A stretch of DNA of 53,541 nt, filler included, from Bipalium vagum (taxonomy: Eukaryota): NCBI GenBank assembly GCA_037834085.1. It is 3 parts of 3 records of this genome, joined end to end, with 100 filler letters (N's around TTAATTAATTAA, not from the genome) between each part and the next. Parts side by side here need not be neighbours in the genome. Positions count along the whole stretch, not along the records: positions 34,984 to 53,541 come from JBBMKC010025597.1; 2 more parts are not named here. One strand, 5' to 3'. The notes beneath the pieces are model-generated. The model had not been told where the DNA came from. It searched no databases and was given only the letters and a program-made list of their open reading frames with translations. Positions 35,745 to 50,700 of this stretch are shown here, in pieces (the stretch's first letter is position 1; every line of letters begins with the position of its first letter). The translations under genes and the position numbers were made by a program.

Positions 35745-37135
35745 CAGGGTGTTTAATATGTATGTTAACACACTTTCATTCTAAATATTTTTACAAACAA
35801 TAAAGATATAAAGTAGGTAACACTTTTTTATTTGAATAACATATATTAAAAAACAAATACAATACGTAATTATATAATTTGACGCCCGTTGATAGCTAGG
35901 CAATGGCTCAATCGAGATTGTACATTTAGACATACTCGCTGACATATTCCAGTATTTACTTCATTACAAACATGACTGATTTTATCCTTGATCTCAGCGA
36001 TTGTATGAGATTTGTCTCTGTAAAAATTTTGTTTCACATATCCCCACAAGAAGTCTGGCGGAGTTATATCGGGCGAATCCAGCGATCTGGAAACTTTTTG
36101 TCTAGCCAGTTCCTGCCTTTTTGCGAATAGTGCGCAGGTGCCCCGTCGTGTTGTAATTACTTACGACCTCTTGTTATTCTAGGCCAATAAAACTTTTCCA
36201 GCATCTCCAGGTATGACTCACTAGTTACCGTATGATCTTATGATCTCTCAAGTATTTTCATTATTTCATCTTTGTGAATTCCTTTCTTCCTGAAAAATGT
36301 CGTCCACAAACACTTCTATGGTGCTGTTAGAGCTAAATATTTTCCCAGTTAGAGTTATATAAATTATATAATGGAAAGGGCAGATGGCCCAATGATACCT
36401 TGTAAACTTAAACTACACTACACAATTATCCCGACCCTGGAGTTTCTAACAGGAATTGTTACTTTAGAGTTAGAGTAGGCCCAATAGCAGCAATTGTGGC
36501 GGTTAACAAATCCATTGAGCATGACCTAACTCTCGTCTGAGCATATTATCGTGTTGATCAAGGAAAAGTCATTTTGGAATTGTACCAACATTGTCTGACA
36601 AAATTTCATTCTTCGGTCAACGTCGTCATCGCTGATCTCAATTACGGTTGACGGCTTAAATGAATGAAAGTCTGCTTCATTAATTGCCTTATAATAACTT
36701 CTTACAGTCATGTCAAGTTCACTAGCACCCTGTCGAACTGACAAATTGCTAGATTCTTCATCCAATTTTTCACTCTTTGAATTGTTTTCACTGTTAATAC
36801 GGAACGAGGTCGACCGGATTTTACTTGGTCATGAACACTTCCAGTCTTCTTAAACTTTTCCACAATTTTTTTAATTGTTTGGTTACCTGGTGGTGGAGTG
36901 ATAAACTTCTTTTTCCAATGCCTAATTACTTCTTCAAAATTATCAAATTTGGAGTTCCATACAACAATTTGAATTCTTTCTTCCATCGAAAAACGTCAAG
37001 CTATTTTATTTTAAAATTAACTAAATGGATTAAATAAAACTTTTAATCCATATAAACAAATAAACAACAAATATATTTATTTTTTAACTTGTAATTTAAA
37101 AATAAAGTATTTTAACATACATTATAAACACCCTG
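35745..37135 (-). mobile_element. Full-length but decayed Tc1/mariner-superfamily element (DDxD, rosa/maT-like)
   Basis: TIRs TA|CAGGGTGTTTAATATGTATGTTAA and TTAACATACATTATAAACACCCTG|TA; KFKKTGSVHD..KSGRPRSV, ICSDES, QHDGAPAHY, SPDITPPDFLWG. Confidence 0.88.
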
Positions 37136-38299
37136 TATATAATATATTTAATCATGAAATATTTCAACCTTCATAGAATATATTTTTACATTTAAACAAA
37201 TAATAATATAATAATAATTCAGATATTGCATTCATTATGGAATGTTTTTAATATCTTGAACAGAAAGTAAATGATAAAAGCAGAAAAGGAAATTTCCTTT
37301 GACAATAATATCTTAAAAGATTCACAAGGGCTCTATTGTTCCTTCAAGTCAGAAGTATTAACAATCCTCGTACAAGCTCACCTCTAAGATTCTTCCCAGA
37401 ATTTTTTTTAAACAGATGTTTTATATTTTTTTATGTTAAATATGTTAAAATACAAAATGCGTTTCAAAATAACCAAACTTTTATAATATTAAATGTCATT
37501 AAAACAACATTTATGATAATGGAGAAAAAAAATAAAATCAGTAGGAGAATCATTATCAGAATAAATTTGTTTAAATTAATCAGATCAAATAAATAGAAGT
37601 TTTTGTAAATTTCTAATTCAAAGAAAGCAGTATGATATCTTTTGCTCAAAGTAATGTGCTTAGCTCATTCTAGGCATGTTTGCAAATTAGAGCTTTTAAT
37701 TTATATTATTTATTTATTTCTACAGTATTATTTTTTTCAGTTCAATTAAATTTGTATTAGGAGAAATTTGATCACCACAATTCTGATTTATTAATAATTC
37801 TCCTTCAAGAATCTCATTTATCACATATTACACAGTTTCACTCTCATTTATTTTATAATGTTATACAAGAATCATAAAATAAGCAGATAAACAAAAAAAA
37901 TCATTATTTTATTTATAAAATTTTTATTAATTTTCTACGATAACAATCATTTCATAATGATATTATTTTTTTTATTATTTTATTGTTATTTTATAAATAG
38001 GAAAATAATTACTATTTATCAAAAAAATCATTGTCAAATATTATCAGGCCAATAAAAAAATAATATTGTTTGGTTAATAATCCATATTCGATCGATCAAT
38101 AAATTGTTAAATTAAATAAATTGTTTAAATCTCGTGTGTTCTGGCGATTTTATGAAATAAATTTTATGCTTAAATCTTTTTCGAGTAATTTGATGAATAT
38201 GTATTAAATCTGAGGAAATAACAGTCAAATTGCGATTCCACAAGGTAATTCACATCAAATGCCGCAAGATCAATTAATGTTAATTAAGTTAAGTAATGT

Positions 38300-38660
38300 T
38301 AAGTATTATGCATTTCAAGTTGATACAACCTTGTGAAACAATAACCGCAGATGTGTATTGCACTCAGTTGAAGCTGGAAAATGTGTCCTGCTCTGGAAAA
38401 CAGAAATTAAGTCATTATTATAATACATGACTGCATATCTCGACTTTACCGACTTTACCTGGAAACTTTTATTTCATCTTACTGAAGTTTAACTCATAAA
38501 ACCTACTGACTATCATATGTTCTAAGTCGTTAAAAATTCGTTTCTTTTAAAGATATAAATTTTATTATTTCACGTTTTCTATCAAATTATTTTTACATAT
38601 CTTTAGTTTTGCATTTTGTAAAAGAAGCTGGGGGATTTCCAATTAAAGTATTAAAGGAAG
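38300..38660 (+). mobile_element. mariner transposase fragment
   Basis: ETITADVYCTQL...PALENRN*VIIIIHD resembles the mariner 'T.TA..YC.QL...NRK.VIL.HDNA' region. Confidence 0.55.
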
Positions 38661-39289
38661 AGTATTAGAAAACTGAATAAAGATTTTCTTAAAAAAATTA
38701 TAAATGAAAAAAAAATTACTAGAAAAATTTTTAATTTGCAGAGATAACTGAAAAATAAAATAATTAAATAAAAAAAGGAAATTCTCTCAGTGAGATTTAA
38801 TAATTTCAAAGTAACACTTAACAAATGAATAATAAATAAAAATTAATAATTAATTAATTAATTAATTAATTAATTAATTTTCAAAACAATAGAAAGAGAA
38901 ACAAAAAATTCTCTGCGTTACTAGTGAATAAAAACCTGCTCAATTTCCACAGAACAAATTCTAATAATGTGTGATTATCATAACATTCCGAAATTGATTA
39001 ATTTGCAATATTTAATTGGTTGAATATTAATAGGAAAATTAATTAAATATTTATTTATAATATTTCATTCTTTACTATTTTATATTTTATAAGGTTTTCT
39101 AAGACTTCAGAGAGCAGTGTATTTTTAATAATATTTAATATATATATATATTATATATTGTTAATATTGTTAATAATATTAATATAGTTTGTAAAATAAA
39201 TCTGATCAAAACTTTTGATGCATTAAGGATAGATCAGAATTGATAGATCAAAATCAATGGACAATTTTGATCAAAACTTTTGATGAAAT

Positions 39290-40628
39290 AGAGACTCCGG
39301 AATATTGAAATATATCATTTCCCGGCATGATTTATTTCCTAAATCGATATGAATTTAATAAGTAAAACGAGATAAAATCAGTAAGCACTTGCTCCATATC
39401 CTCTGCAGTATGAGTCTCATATTTGAGAGATTTACATTTTTTGTTCCGATATTTTCTTCGTGAAATTTTATTTCTAGTTTTATACATTTTATGCCAATAT
39501 CAAATTGAAAAGCTTAAATAGGAGAGGTGGGGTCGACTTACGTGTGTTATAAATATTGCCGTTTGGGGGTACTATCAAAAGACATGAAAGGATTAACAGG
39601 TTGAAATGTTATATTCTCACTTTACATCTTGCAGCAAAATGGGTATATTGTTTGGGATACGAAATGAATCTATTCTAAGCATTTTAAATTAAATCAAAAC
39701 ATTAAAATCTGAGAGTGAAGTCTAGAAGCAATAAACATTTTCAAACTGAAATATGATAACCAATCTTAAACGAAAATATATGCAAAGGAAATACTCAATC
39801 TACAAGAAGACTTTAGTTTGCTCTTCAAAATCGTTTGTGGAGATGTAATAAAATTTCATTTGTTATCATCATCCTACAATAGAATCTTTGAAAGGGTTCA
39901 TGAGAAATTTAGTCAATTTCCGAGTATAAAAGAGAAGAATTAATGTCCATCTGATGATATACTTCTAGTTTCACTGGAACATCTTAAAAGTGTTGCAGAT
40001 GATATGATATTGCGTTTTCAGGACTTGACTGGTCTTGAAATTCCAAAGTGGATCTTGGACCCTTTTCAGATCACAGATAGATCCATGGACTCGTCCATTG
40101 AGGCCGAGCCTATTAATTTTAGAAACCATTTTGAACTGAAACCTTATAAACGTCATGCTTAAAAAAAATTTGGCTACAGTCTACTATTTAAGAAAATTTT
40201 CCTACAATTTTGGAAACAGCGAAATTGTTTTTTATTGCATTCCCTAGCTCATATTTAATATAAAAAGGTTTTTAGCAAGGTGTCTCAGATTTTCAGTAGG
40301 TCAAGGAATCGCTTGAATATTGTTCAGAGAGGATACCTGCGACTTCGGTTCACAGCTCTAGAGCGTAATATTGAAGCAATATTGAAGAAATAACAAATTG
40401 ATCAGTCTCATTATTTTTTGTTTTAAAAATATAATGCTATTTAGGATTACTTTTCTTCTTGCATTTCATTATTACATGTAACTAAATTAACGGTTTCAAT
40501 CATTAAAGAATGTAATTTAAACATCTAAAGGTTTTATTATTGTAGTAGAAAGGAAGAGGGGGGTGGTCTATAGATGAAAGAAATCGATGAAAAGGAGTCC
40601 ATAGTCTGGACATGTTTTTGAAACACTG
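39290..40628 (+). mobile_element. Degraded hAT (Charlie/Buster-like) 3' portion
   Basis: IPKWILDPF; IAFPSSYL...RNRLNIVQRGYLRL...SH dimerisation-domain tail; TIR-like end tttttgaaacactg. Confidence 0.75.
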
Positions 40629-40633
40629 AAGTA

Positions 40634-41115
40634 CAGTAACCGCTCGATATAAGCAATAAAATGAACTAAATAAATTTCTTATATTGAAAAATTTGCTTAT
40701 ATCGAATTTTTATTTTTGAATCAAAAAAACACGTGTAAAACTAGCAATTAATATAATATTTTTTCACTACAGCCTTCTCTCGAATTCTACGCAATAAAAG
40801 CATCTCATTGATCGAGATATTATTATTTTCACCCCATTCTATAACAGTATTGAATGAGTTAATAACATTGTCAATGTTTTTCAATCTTTTTTAAAATTGA
40901 TAATTTGTGTTCCATAGAAATAGAGGTCCGTTTATTTTCTGCATAGCTTTTGAATTTAAATTGTTAAATAAAGTTACTAAAATTAAACAAAATAATATTA
41001 ATTAAATAGACTTTGGATAAATAAATTAATAAATTTTAATTTTTTGCTTTAGGGAATTTAGTTTTGCTTATATAGAACATGCTTATATCGAAAATTGCTT
41101 ATATCGAGCGGTCTG
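40634..41115. mobile_element. Tigger/pogo-type MITE
   Basis: TA|CAGTAACCGCTCGATATAAGCA ... TGCTTATATCGAGCGGTCTG|TA, with repeated gcttatatcga motifs. Confidence 0.85.
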
Positions 41116-42042
41116 TATATGATAACCCATGCCATGTTCACTGAAGAAATGAAAGAGGAAATTCGAATACCAATCTAATACTGAGAATTAAAACTTCTGC
41201 TAGGTAAAGCAAAATTTCACTGAAATTACAGCCACGCATTGACGATAACGGACTTGGGTTATAAAATGCTTTGATATAGACATTTCATTCTAATTCAACC
41301 ATCAGCTTCGACGTAGTATTCCACGTTACATATCCCAACAGCCAGAATAAAGTCATTGTCTCTACTATCATCCATCGGTGAATTTAAAAAAATAATCGTG
41401 GTTTATTATTAATAAATAAAATGTATTTCACTGTTTAAACAAATTATGTAATAAACCTATAATTTAATTGCTTAATTTTATATTTATGCCCCTCCCCAAC
41501 CTTTAAATGTCAAATCTTGGCATAAAGAATAAACACTTGCTTATCACTGTCTTACCGTAATATATAATATATATCACTAATAATTAAATATTTATAGAAA
41601 ACAATCCACCAAATTGAACAAAGCTTAATTTGGCCATAAAATAACGAAAACCAGAAATAATTGATCAAGTTGAGATGGACTGAAAAAATGATAATGATGA
41701 TTTAAGAAACCAAACGATTAATTTGATTTTGTGTCTGAATAATTTTTTTCGACTTAATTAAATAAATATATAAAATAAAATATTTTCAATCAATAAATTT
41801 TTAATTCCACTATTTCTCCTCTCTAAAATAATGCCTCCGTCGCTGGTGATTTGGAAATATGTAAATTTATCCATTTATACAAAGCTTTCAATGGGTGAAT
41901 TTTTTCAACGAAAAATTGGATTTCACTTTATCAATAGTTAATTAAATTAAATTAAATTTATAATATTTTTTTCAAGAGAGAATATGAGAATTTTTTTTCA
42001 GTTTCGCTTGACATGATTTTTTTAACTTTGGTCAGTTTTAGA

Positions 42043-45000
42043 ATGATTTTGGATGCCGATAATCGCGTCATTCTAAATGTTGGAGGGTTTCGACATGAAA
42101 CGTATAAAGCCACTTTGAAAAAAATTCCCGCTACGAGACTTTCCAAACTGACCGACGCACTGGCTAATTATGATCCAGTGTTGAACGAGTACTTTTTCGA
42201 TCGACATCCTGGTGTTTTTGCCCAAGTTCTCAACTACTATCGGTCTGGAAAACTCCATTATCCGACTGACGTTTGTGGTCCACTGTTTGAGGAGGAGTTA
42301 GATTTTTGGGGATTGGATTCGAACCAGGTACAATTTCGTTTATTTAATGTATTAATTAATATTTTATAATTATGTTACTTTATTGGCTTAATATAGATTA
42401 TGATATATCTAGCGATTTAACGTAAATATTTTTAATAAGATATAGATTTCCAATTTGCAGGTCAATAATATTTTTTCTTATTATTCTGAATATTTGTTTT
42501 TATATTTTTTATCACAATTTTAATATTTTTATCTATTTTGCACATAATTCCCACAATGTCTCCCAAGATTGTAAATAGACAATTTCTTTCGTTTCAACAC
42601 ACTAAACCTTTTAGTGCTTGATTTTTGGATCACATTTATCTCTCCGCCCACTTGATATAGTACTGAAACACTTTAAATCTTTATCCATTATTCGAAATCC
42701 AATTTTAGTTCAAGATAATGACGTTCCAGTTGATGTATTCTATTAGAATAATTAATTTACAATGTGATGAATTATTAGATCACAAATATCGAGAAGAGCA
42801 AGAAATTTTTGTAATTTTCATAAGCAATTGTGAAATGAAAATTATGGAAATTTTAAAAAGCTTGCTAAAAAGTATTTAGTAATGTTTAGTTCAACATATA
42901 TTTTTGAACAAACCTTTTCTTTAATGAAATGAAAGTGCAACAAGATCAATACTGAATGATTTTCATTTTGAAGCTGTGCTAAGAATAGCTATAAGTATAG
43001 AATCAGATATTAAAGAAAATGAGCTATGCATACCCTCTCAATATTTCACATTAGTTATTCTGCTAAATTTTATCGTAATTTGTTCATAATACAAGTTTCT
43101 TAACAACTAAATGGTTTTTTTCTTAACATTTTTAAATATTTTGTTCGGCCCGTAAAAATTCTTTTGTCCCTGCTTTAAACCATTTCCGTTACATTTGAAA
43201 TTTTTACTGTTTAATCTTGATCTTATAAATAACAAAATATTTATAATTTCATAGCGATATTCGCCTAATTAAAATTGTAATTATCGGTTCTATATATTTA
43301 CAAGATTACACGACATTCTCTGTCTTTCATATCACAAGTCTCTATTTTAAAGTGCTTAAAACATCTTTTACAAACATAACTTTATTATGTATGGTTGTCA
43401 AACATTTTTCAACATGTATAACTACTTTTGGCAGATTTTGTTCAAAAGAATGAATTAAAGTTTCATCCTTACTTTTAGAATGGTCTTAAAAAAACCTTTT
43501 GAAAATTCAATTATAAGACTTGTGAATATATTTATTCTAAATCAAATATAAATCTTTTAAAATAAATTAAATTTTATATTCACCTTATTAACCGGAACAT
43601 CTAAAAAATATATGCGACATTTTGAATTTGTTTTATTAATATGATAATTAAAGAAAAACCGAGTTAATTAATAAAACAAAAGTAATAATTTATTTTATTT
43701 ATTTATTTAATTTTTAAAGAGAAAGTTAAAATAAATTTTCCAAAGGCAATTGGAGCTCATCCGTTTTCTTCAATAACGAAAACGTTAATTTAATTAAAAA
43801 ATCAACTAAGTCTTGTTTTTGTTTTAAGTGGATTATGCTTTGGGAATCAATAATTATTGTACCTCTTTACTTTGTTATCAATTACCAATAGAAGTCACGA
43901 ACAACTACAATTGTCGGAGCTCATGGTAAACTAAATCGAGATAATACTTATTTATGAAATAATAGTACTCGAAAAATTAAAACGAATTTCTTTGAATTGT
44001 CTCTAATTTTATTTATTTAATTATTAAAAAAATTTATTCAAACGTTGTATATATACGCTCAATCAAGAATACTAAATTAGGAATCAAAAACACCGAAATT
44101 AAAATTTATTAAAATAATTCACAAAATAAATAATTTATATATTAATATTATATTATATTAATATATATTTCACTAGGAAACATTTTAAAAAATTTTAAAA
44201 ATAAATTTAATAAAAGATATTTTTTACCTAAAACAGAATTTTTATAAAAAGAATTTGATTTATTAAATAAAACTAATATATCAATATATTTTATAAAAAT
44301 AATAAATAATCAATATTAATGAAAATATTTCATTTCTTTTTAAAAAACCCAGAAATTCTGGAGGGAAAATTGAAATATAATTTCAATTAATTGGAATTGT
44401 AATATATAAAGATATTTTTTTAATAATAAAAGTAACAAGTGTCCACATACATTTCATAATAATATAATCACAAAATAAAAGTTTATTACGTTGTGATGAT
44501 TGATAAATGTAGTTGACAATTAAAGTAATGCTTTTTATAGATTAAATTGATTTATATTTCATTTTTTTAATTAATCAAATTTATATATAAATGAATAAAA
44601 TTATATTATTATTATAATCTATTACATAAATATATTTTATAATAAAACAAAATAAAATAATATGTATGTACAAAACAATTTCACACTGTTAACCAATACA
44701 TTTAATGCAAAATTTATTTCTATGGATATCTTTTTTAAAATCATTTTGTGTTAAGGTAGAACCATGCTGCTGGATGACATATACTCGTCACAGAAGTACA
44801 CGAGAAACTCTCCAAATTCTAGACGATGTTGACATCGATTCAGACAGATCTTGTGAAGAACGAATCTATACGAAATTTGGATTGGAAGAAGAATACCAGG
44901 AGGATATCTTGAATTGGTATCAAAAAGTCAGAGTTAAATTATGGACTGTCTTTGAAGATCCATACTCATCCACAGCTGCTAAGGTGTATAAAATTATTTC

Positions 45001-47642
45001 TTTGAACGCAGAAAAACTTTTTTTTTGTTTAAATATTATTTTGTTTTAATTCTTTGCAAATAATGTTCAAGACATTGCCATCATTACCCATAACTATCAT
45101 TAGATTCACTAATCAAAAATATATATCATTTGCAAATTATTTTAGGGCAAGTATTAATTATTTTCTCTATATTTTCTTAATTAATCATAAATAATTTTAT
45201 TGCCTAAACTTACCGGAACTGGCAAAACAATAACAATCGAAATATGAGATATTTTCAAAAAGAATGTACAAATATATATAATATTATTTTTTATATTATT
45301 TGATCATTTTGGACAGTCTAAAATTGAAATAAATAGAAAATTATAAAGATTTTCTACGCACAATTTTTTAAAAAGAAAGTTCATTTTATCATTAAAATAA
45401 AATAATTTTATCCTCTACATCCACCATTATATAATTTATTCATGTTTTCTCAGCAACCTCCAATGAAAATCGCTTTTATACATTTCTGAACTTAATTCAA
45501 GTATCACAAATCTTATTACAATCTTTTTATATCGTCAAAAATATGAACCAGAAACGTTCAATTGGTCTTAAATTAGGCACATTCGGTGGTTTAATAATGA
45601 TATATCTTCTTCAATTAAATACTTTATCACAAAATTTGCTATCATGCTATGTTGCGAGAGGATCTTACTGAAATTGATGAATAAACAGGACTCGGCTTAT
45701 CCTTATGAATTCTTCTAGATATTTTATTTTGCTATTTATGGTATCTTTAAATATAAATGGTTTTGTAATTTCATAATGTTGTGCAATAGCCTAACAGACA
45801 AAATATTTATCAGAATAATTCTGTGGACATTTATATTTTAACCGTGATATACTTCCTTCTCATTTACAGTGTTATATGACTCTTGTCTAAGTATTCTGTT
45901 TGGATCAATTGGGCAACATTTTTGCATTTTCTTCGCATTTGTTCACCGTTATATTCTTGAAAAAAATAATTTTTTACTTAAATAAGTTTTATTTAAATGA
46001 ATTAAAAATAGTAAGCAATTTTTAAATTATCACCGATCAATAGTTAAACACAATCAGATTAAATATGCGGTGCTCTTCTATCTATAAGTTGTTCAAAAAA
46101 TGTATACACACTTTAAATATAAATCGTCAAGTAATTATAAGTCTGAATTACTTGTTTTATAGTTTGTTTAAATACTGCGATAACTGATAAGAAATTACCG
46201 CTATTTTAAACTTAAAAGTTTATTCTTAAAGGTTCTACAGATAATGTAGAACAGACCTTGTATTTCTGTCTTCTCCTTTCACTGTCTAAGTGAATGAAAG
46301 GTATTAATAATAGAAGGATAAAGACCTTTAAAAGTGATTTATCAATTTCTTTCTGAGTATATCTATCGATTCCTGGAATAGGGATTTAAGCAGATTGTTG
46401 GAGAGGGTTCTATATAATAACAGAAATTACATTGTCGATTGAGGTTTTGTTATAATTTGTATATAATTTCATTTCTTATTAATATATATTATTCAAAATC
46501 ACAGAAATTTATGTTACAGACTATTACAATTGAAATATATTTTATTTTGTTACATTTGGTACTCCTTTTTGCTTTGAAATTTGTTTCATTTTAATGAAAA
46601 ATGTTTTAAGTTTAATTTTAAAAATTTTCAAAATATCATTAGCATTCTTATGGAACATCTTGAACATTATTTTACATTTCTTTTGAGTAATTATTTGAAC
46701 TTGTGATATTGTAAAAAGGATTTTTGACAAAATTTAGGATTTATTGATTTAATGTCTTGTTTTATTTCTTTTTTTATTCTGTAATAAATATGATTTATAA
46801 TAAATTTAATATAAAAAAATTGTTAATTGATTTTATTCATCTCAAATCTCATTGGTTGGTGTTTTATTTTAAAATATTCTGGTACCCTAATTTAAGCCCT
46901 TTAAATATTTATATATAGACGAGGATTTTAATGGTTAAATGTTCTTTATTTTTTTTATTAATTCACATAAATTATTTCTAATCAAAATTTTCTACATAAA
47001 AGAAAATGATATTTTCAGTCAGTCTAATCTATTCTCAGTGTCTTTCCTCAAATCATAATAAATGGACATTTCAGTCCGATATCTCTAATATTATAATTAT
47101 GATAGTAATTTCTGTTTTCAAGACATAGTTCATTAATCTCTCCCACCCCATCTACGTCCCACAGAATTTCTTTTTTGTGTTTCATAATTTTTTTTAAAAA
47201 TCAGAAAAATTTTAGAAATAAATTTTTAATGGTATTAATTTCAATTACATAACAGCGAATAAAATTTATTAAAAATGAAGTATAAAGTAAAATAAAAGAT
47301 GGAGAAAAAGTGTAACGAATATGAACCTAAATCACTTTAGTTAGTCAAACTAAAAATTAATCTCAAAAAATTGAGAACCCTAGTCCATATTTTAAACTCT
47401 GCTTTTGTTTTCTTAGCCCTTTCCATTAAACTAAACTAAACGAAACTTTATTCTCAAAGTTTCCCTTTGCAGAATTTTTCAATATAAATTCCAATCTTTA
47501 TATTTTATGAATGTAACTTTCGAGACTCACATTTTATTTTCATTTTTATTTCAATTTCAAAAAAATATTTTCTTCATTTACAATTTTGAGTTTTTTGAAC
47601 AGACTTTATTTTTAATACATATCAAATGATGTTAATAATCCA

Positions 47643-47720
<78 letters not shown>

Positions 47721-50700
47721 AATAAATTTAAATTTCTTAATATTAAAATGTTAGTGTAAATACTTAATCTCCCAAATAGATTATAAAATGTTACATTTAA
47801 ACAAATCGTAATTAGTAACTTAAAATAAACAGAGATATTTTTTTCAATAAACAAACGATGATTTTTTATTCTTATTTCAATATTCTTATTTTCGATATTT
47901 TTATTTCAATCAAATCAAAAGATTTTCTCTGGAATTTGACAATTGAGGTCCTAAAAATCATTAGGAGGAAAAAGAAGAAATAACGAATCGCCAGCTTATC
48001 TCAATTACTTTTATTAAATCCCTGCACGTTTTCCGGGAAGCACTAATGCTTATAATTGCGTGAGCTGCTCAAGACTGTTAATTTCACTTACAGTTATACC
48101 CAAAAATTGCCTTCCATCATTTGTTTAATGTTTTTCAGTTTAAAGGGGGATTAGAATAAATGGATAAGAATAAATAATGAAGACAAATTGACACTGATCA
48201 AATAATTATGAAACATATACTTTGCAAATTGTTTTTCTTCAAAGAGGCTTTAGTTTCAAATTTATTTATTAATATTTCAATCATTTTTACAAACTTTTAT
48301 AGTTGAATAAAAATAAAGTTATAATCAGGAGAGATTACCAAATTGACGACTTGCACCGATAGATTCTACTCATGTTCCAGGTCATAGTCAATAAAATAGA
48401 ACCAATTCTCCTCCGCAACAAGTGAAGATTTCATGTTTATCTCGTCATGCAACAAAACTTTGATTAATACGCACATCTCTATAACATTACACATGTCACA
48501 ATGCTTCCTTTCTATAATCACACGGCCTGCACAAACTTGGATTCTCTTAATAGTAGGGTGTCATGATATCAATGTATTTTGATAAATGTTAAATGTCTTT
48601 TAAAATCAGTATTATTAACCAATTATGGATAATTACTTTGAATTTCTTCTATCTGCTATCAAATATCTCAAGCCGCCTCAAAATATTATATTCAAGAAGA
48701 TTTCAATGCACTTTAATCAAGTTTCTGCTAGCATTTTCATATCGCTTATCTTTGACGCACACATGAACTTTCATAAAATTTGTGAATTATTTTCGACAAT
48801 TTCTTATAATTTTAATCTAACGGGCACTATTGAAAAACCATAACGTTTCCTATCATAATGGTATTATTATCCGTGAGTTTTAGCCTGAAAATTCAACAAA
48901 TATTATGTTCATTATATTCTCTAGATATTTAACCTTGCGACTTTTTTTGTTTAATCAATTAAAGAAACCACTCCACGGAACCAGATTTGATTCAGTTAAA
49001 GCAAAATAAAACAAAAATCAAAAGAAAAAATTATGAACATTCCAAAAAGTGATTTTGATAAGTGATTTCTGAATTGGATTAAGCGTTGGCATTTGTGTAT
49101 CGCGACGGGATGAGAGTACTTTGACGAGACAAAATAAAATTTGGTGATTAAATAAATATTGTTTATTTTGACAGTCACCTCACGTTTTGAGCATAGTAAT
49201 ATTTATACATGTCTATTTCTTTAATATTTCGTAGTTTTAATAACCCAGGATCTCATGGATAATATTTAATCGATCATTACTTTATTTTATAGACTTGTTC
49301 GTTCTCTGAATCTCTTTCAATATATTTTGATAAAAATTTCAATCCTTTTTTTATTATTACTGAGGAATATTGTACTCACAATTATAAGGGTTTACATGTT
49401 GAAGAATAAACTCTGTTATTTGACAATCGACTGTTTTAAAATCGGTTTTTATTTTACATTATAAACATTTAGCTTTTAATATAATCAAACCAGTATTTAT
49501 TTTATGAATTTTTAAGCGTCATTGACATATATCTCACCATCACATTCTCGTTATTATCAATGATAATATTATTTATTGACATTACTAATTTTTAAAAAAA
49601 TATTAAAATCATTATTCTTTATTTATTTTTAATTTTTCTTAAAATCAATAAAAATTCCACATATGATAAAATAATTATTTCCCTTCTTTTTATTTCATGT
49701 ATCGTATTTATAAACCACCCACCGCTTTTTACAATATAATATCACTTTAATTTTTTTTAATTATTATATTTTTCGTTTATTTATTACCTTTTATTATTTT
49801 CTATTTCATCAAACATTTCACCTTCATAAAATATTTTGTCAGATATTTTTCTCAAAATTCCATGTCTCCCTTCTAAATATATATAATAATCTATTCAAAC
49901 AAAAACCCGTCAATCGGAAATTTTTCATGTAACAACTAAAACGTTTTAATTAGAAAAAATCCAATAATTCCATAAATAATCTCCAGCATAATTCAATTAA
50001 AACAAACGAAAAATAATTATCAGAACCCAAATGAAACAGTAAATCAATGTGAATATCTTCTGACAACCAAATAAATGGAAAGCCAAAAAAATTCTATCAC
50101 AGTGCAAAAATGTTGTAAAATTTACGCATATTAAGTCATAAAATTATTAATTTTCCATATCCATAATTGCTCATTCATCCGTGAATTGAGTTCATTAAAT
50201 TTTGCCTTTTTTTAACTGGGTAATAATGGGGTTTTGTATATGATATATTAATTATTTGCCATTTTTATTAATAAATTGACTGGCTGTAACCTAAGTGTAT
50301 CGTGGCGTTTCCTCATTAATTTATTTTGAGTGACGTGGTTTATTATCTCTGGTAGCTTTCGTTGGAGGGGGACCCTTTTATAACGAAAAAAGAACAGGAA
50401 TCACAAACAAAAGAATTCTGTTCTTAAAATTCAACAATGGACTTTGGTTATCTTGATATCCCTTTAGTAACATTAATTAGTAATATTGTTTTCTTAATAA
50501 AATAAATTGATAATATCATATAATATAATAATTTTATTAATGGAACATGTTTAATTTGCAAATTTTGGAGATTTTGAGAGATTATCTGAGAAAATATGGT
50601 GGATGAGTGCTGAAAGAGTGAAACTGTTACTAATAAATTCTAGAGGGTTTTTGGATCTTGTATTCTCTGACCATTAGGGTCAATAAACAAACTCGTTTCA

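Noticed and set aside
45540-45940. Possible pogo HTH remnant (and a possible RNase H remnant at ~51600-51900)
   Set aside because: Motifs are too degraded to support a call.
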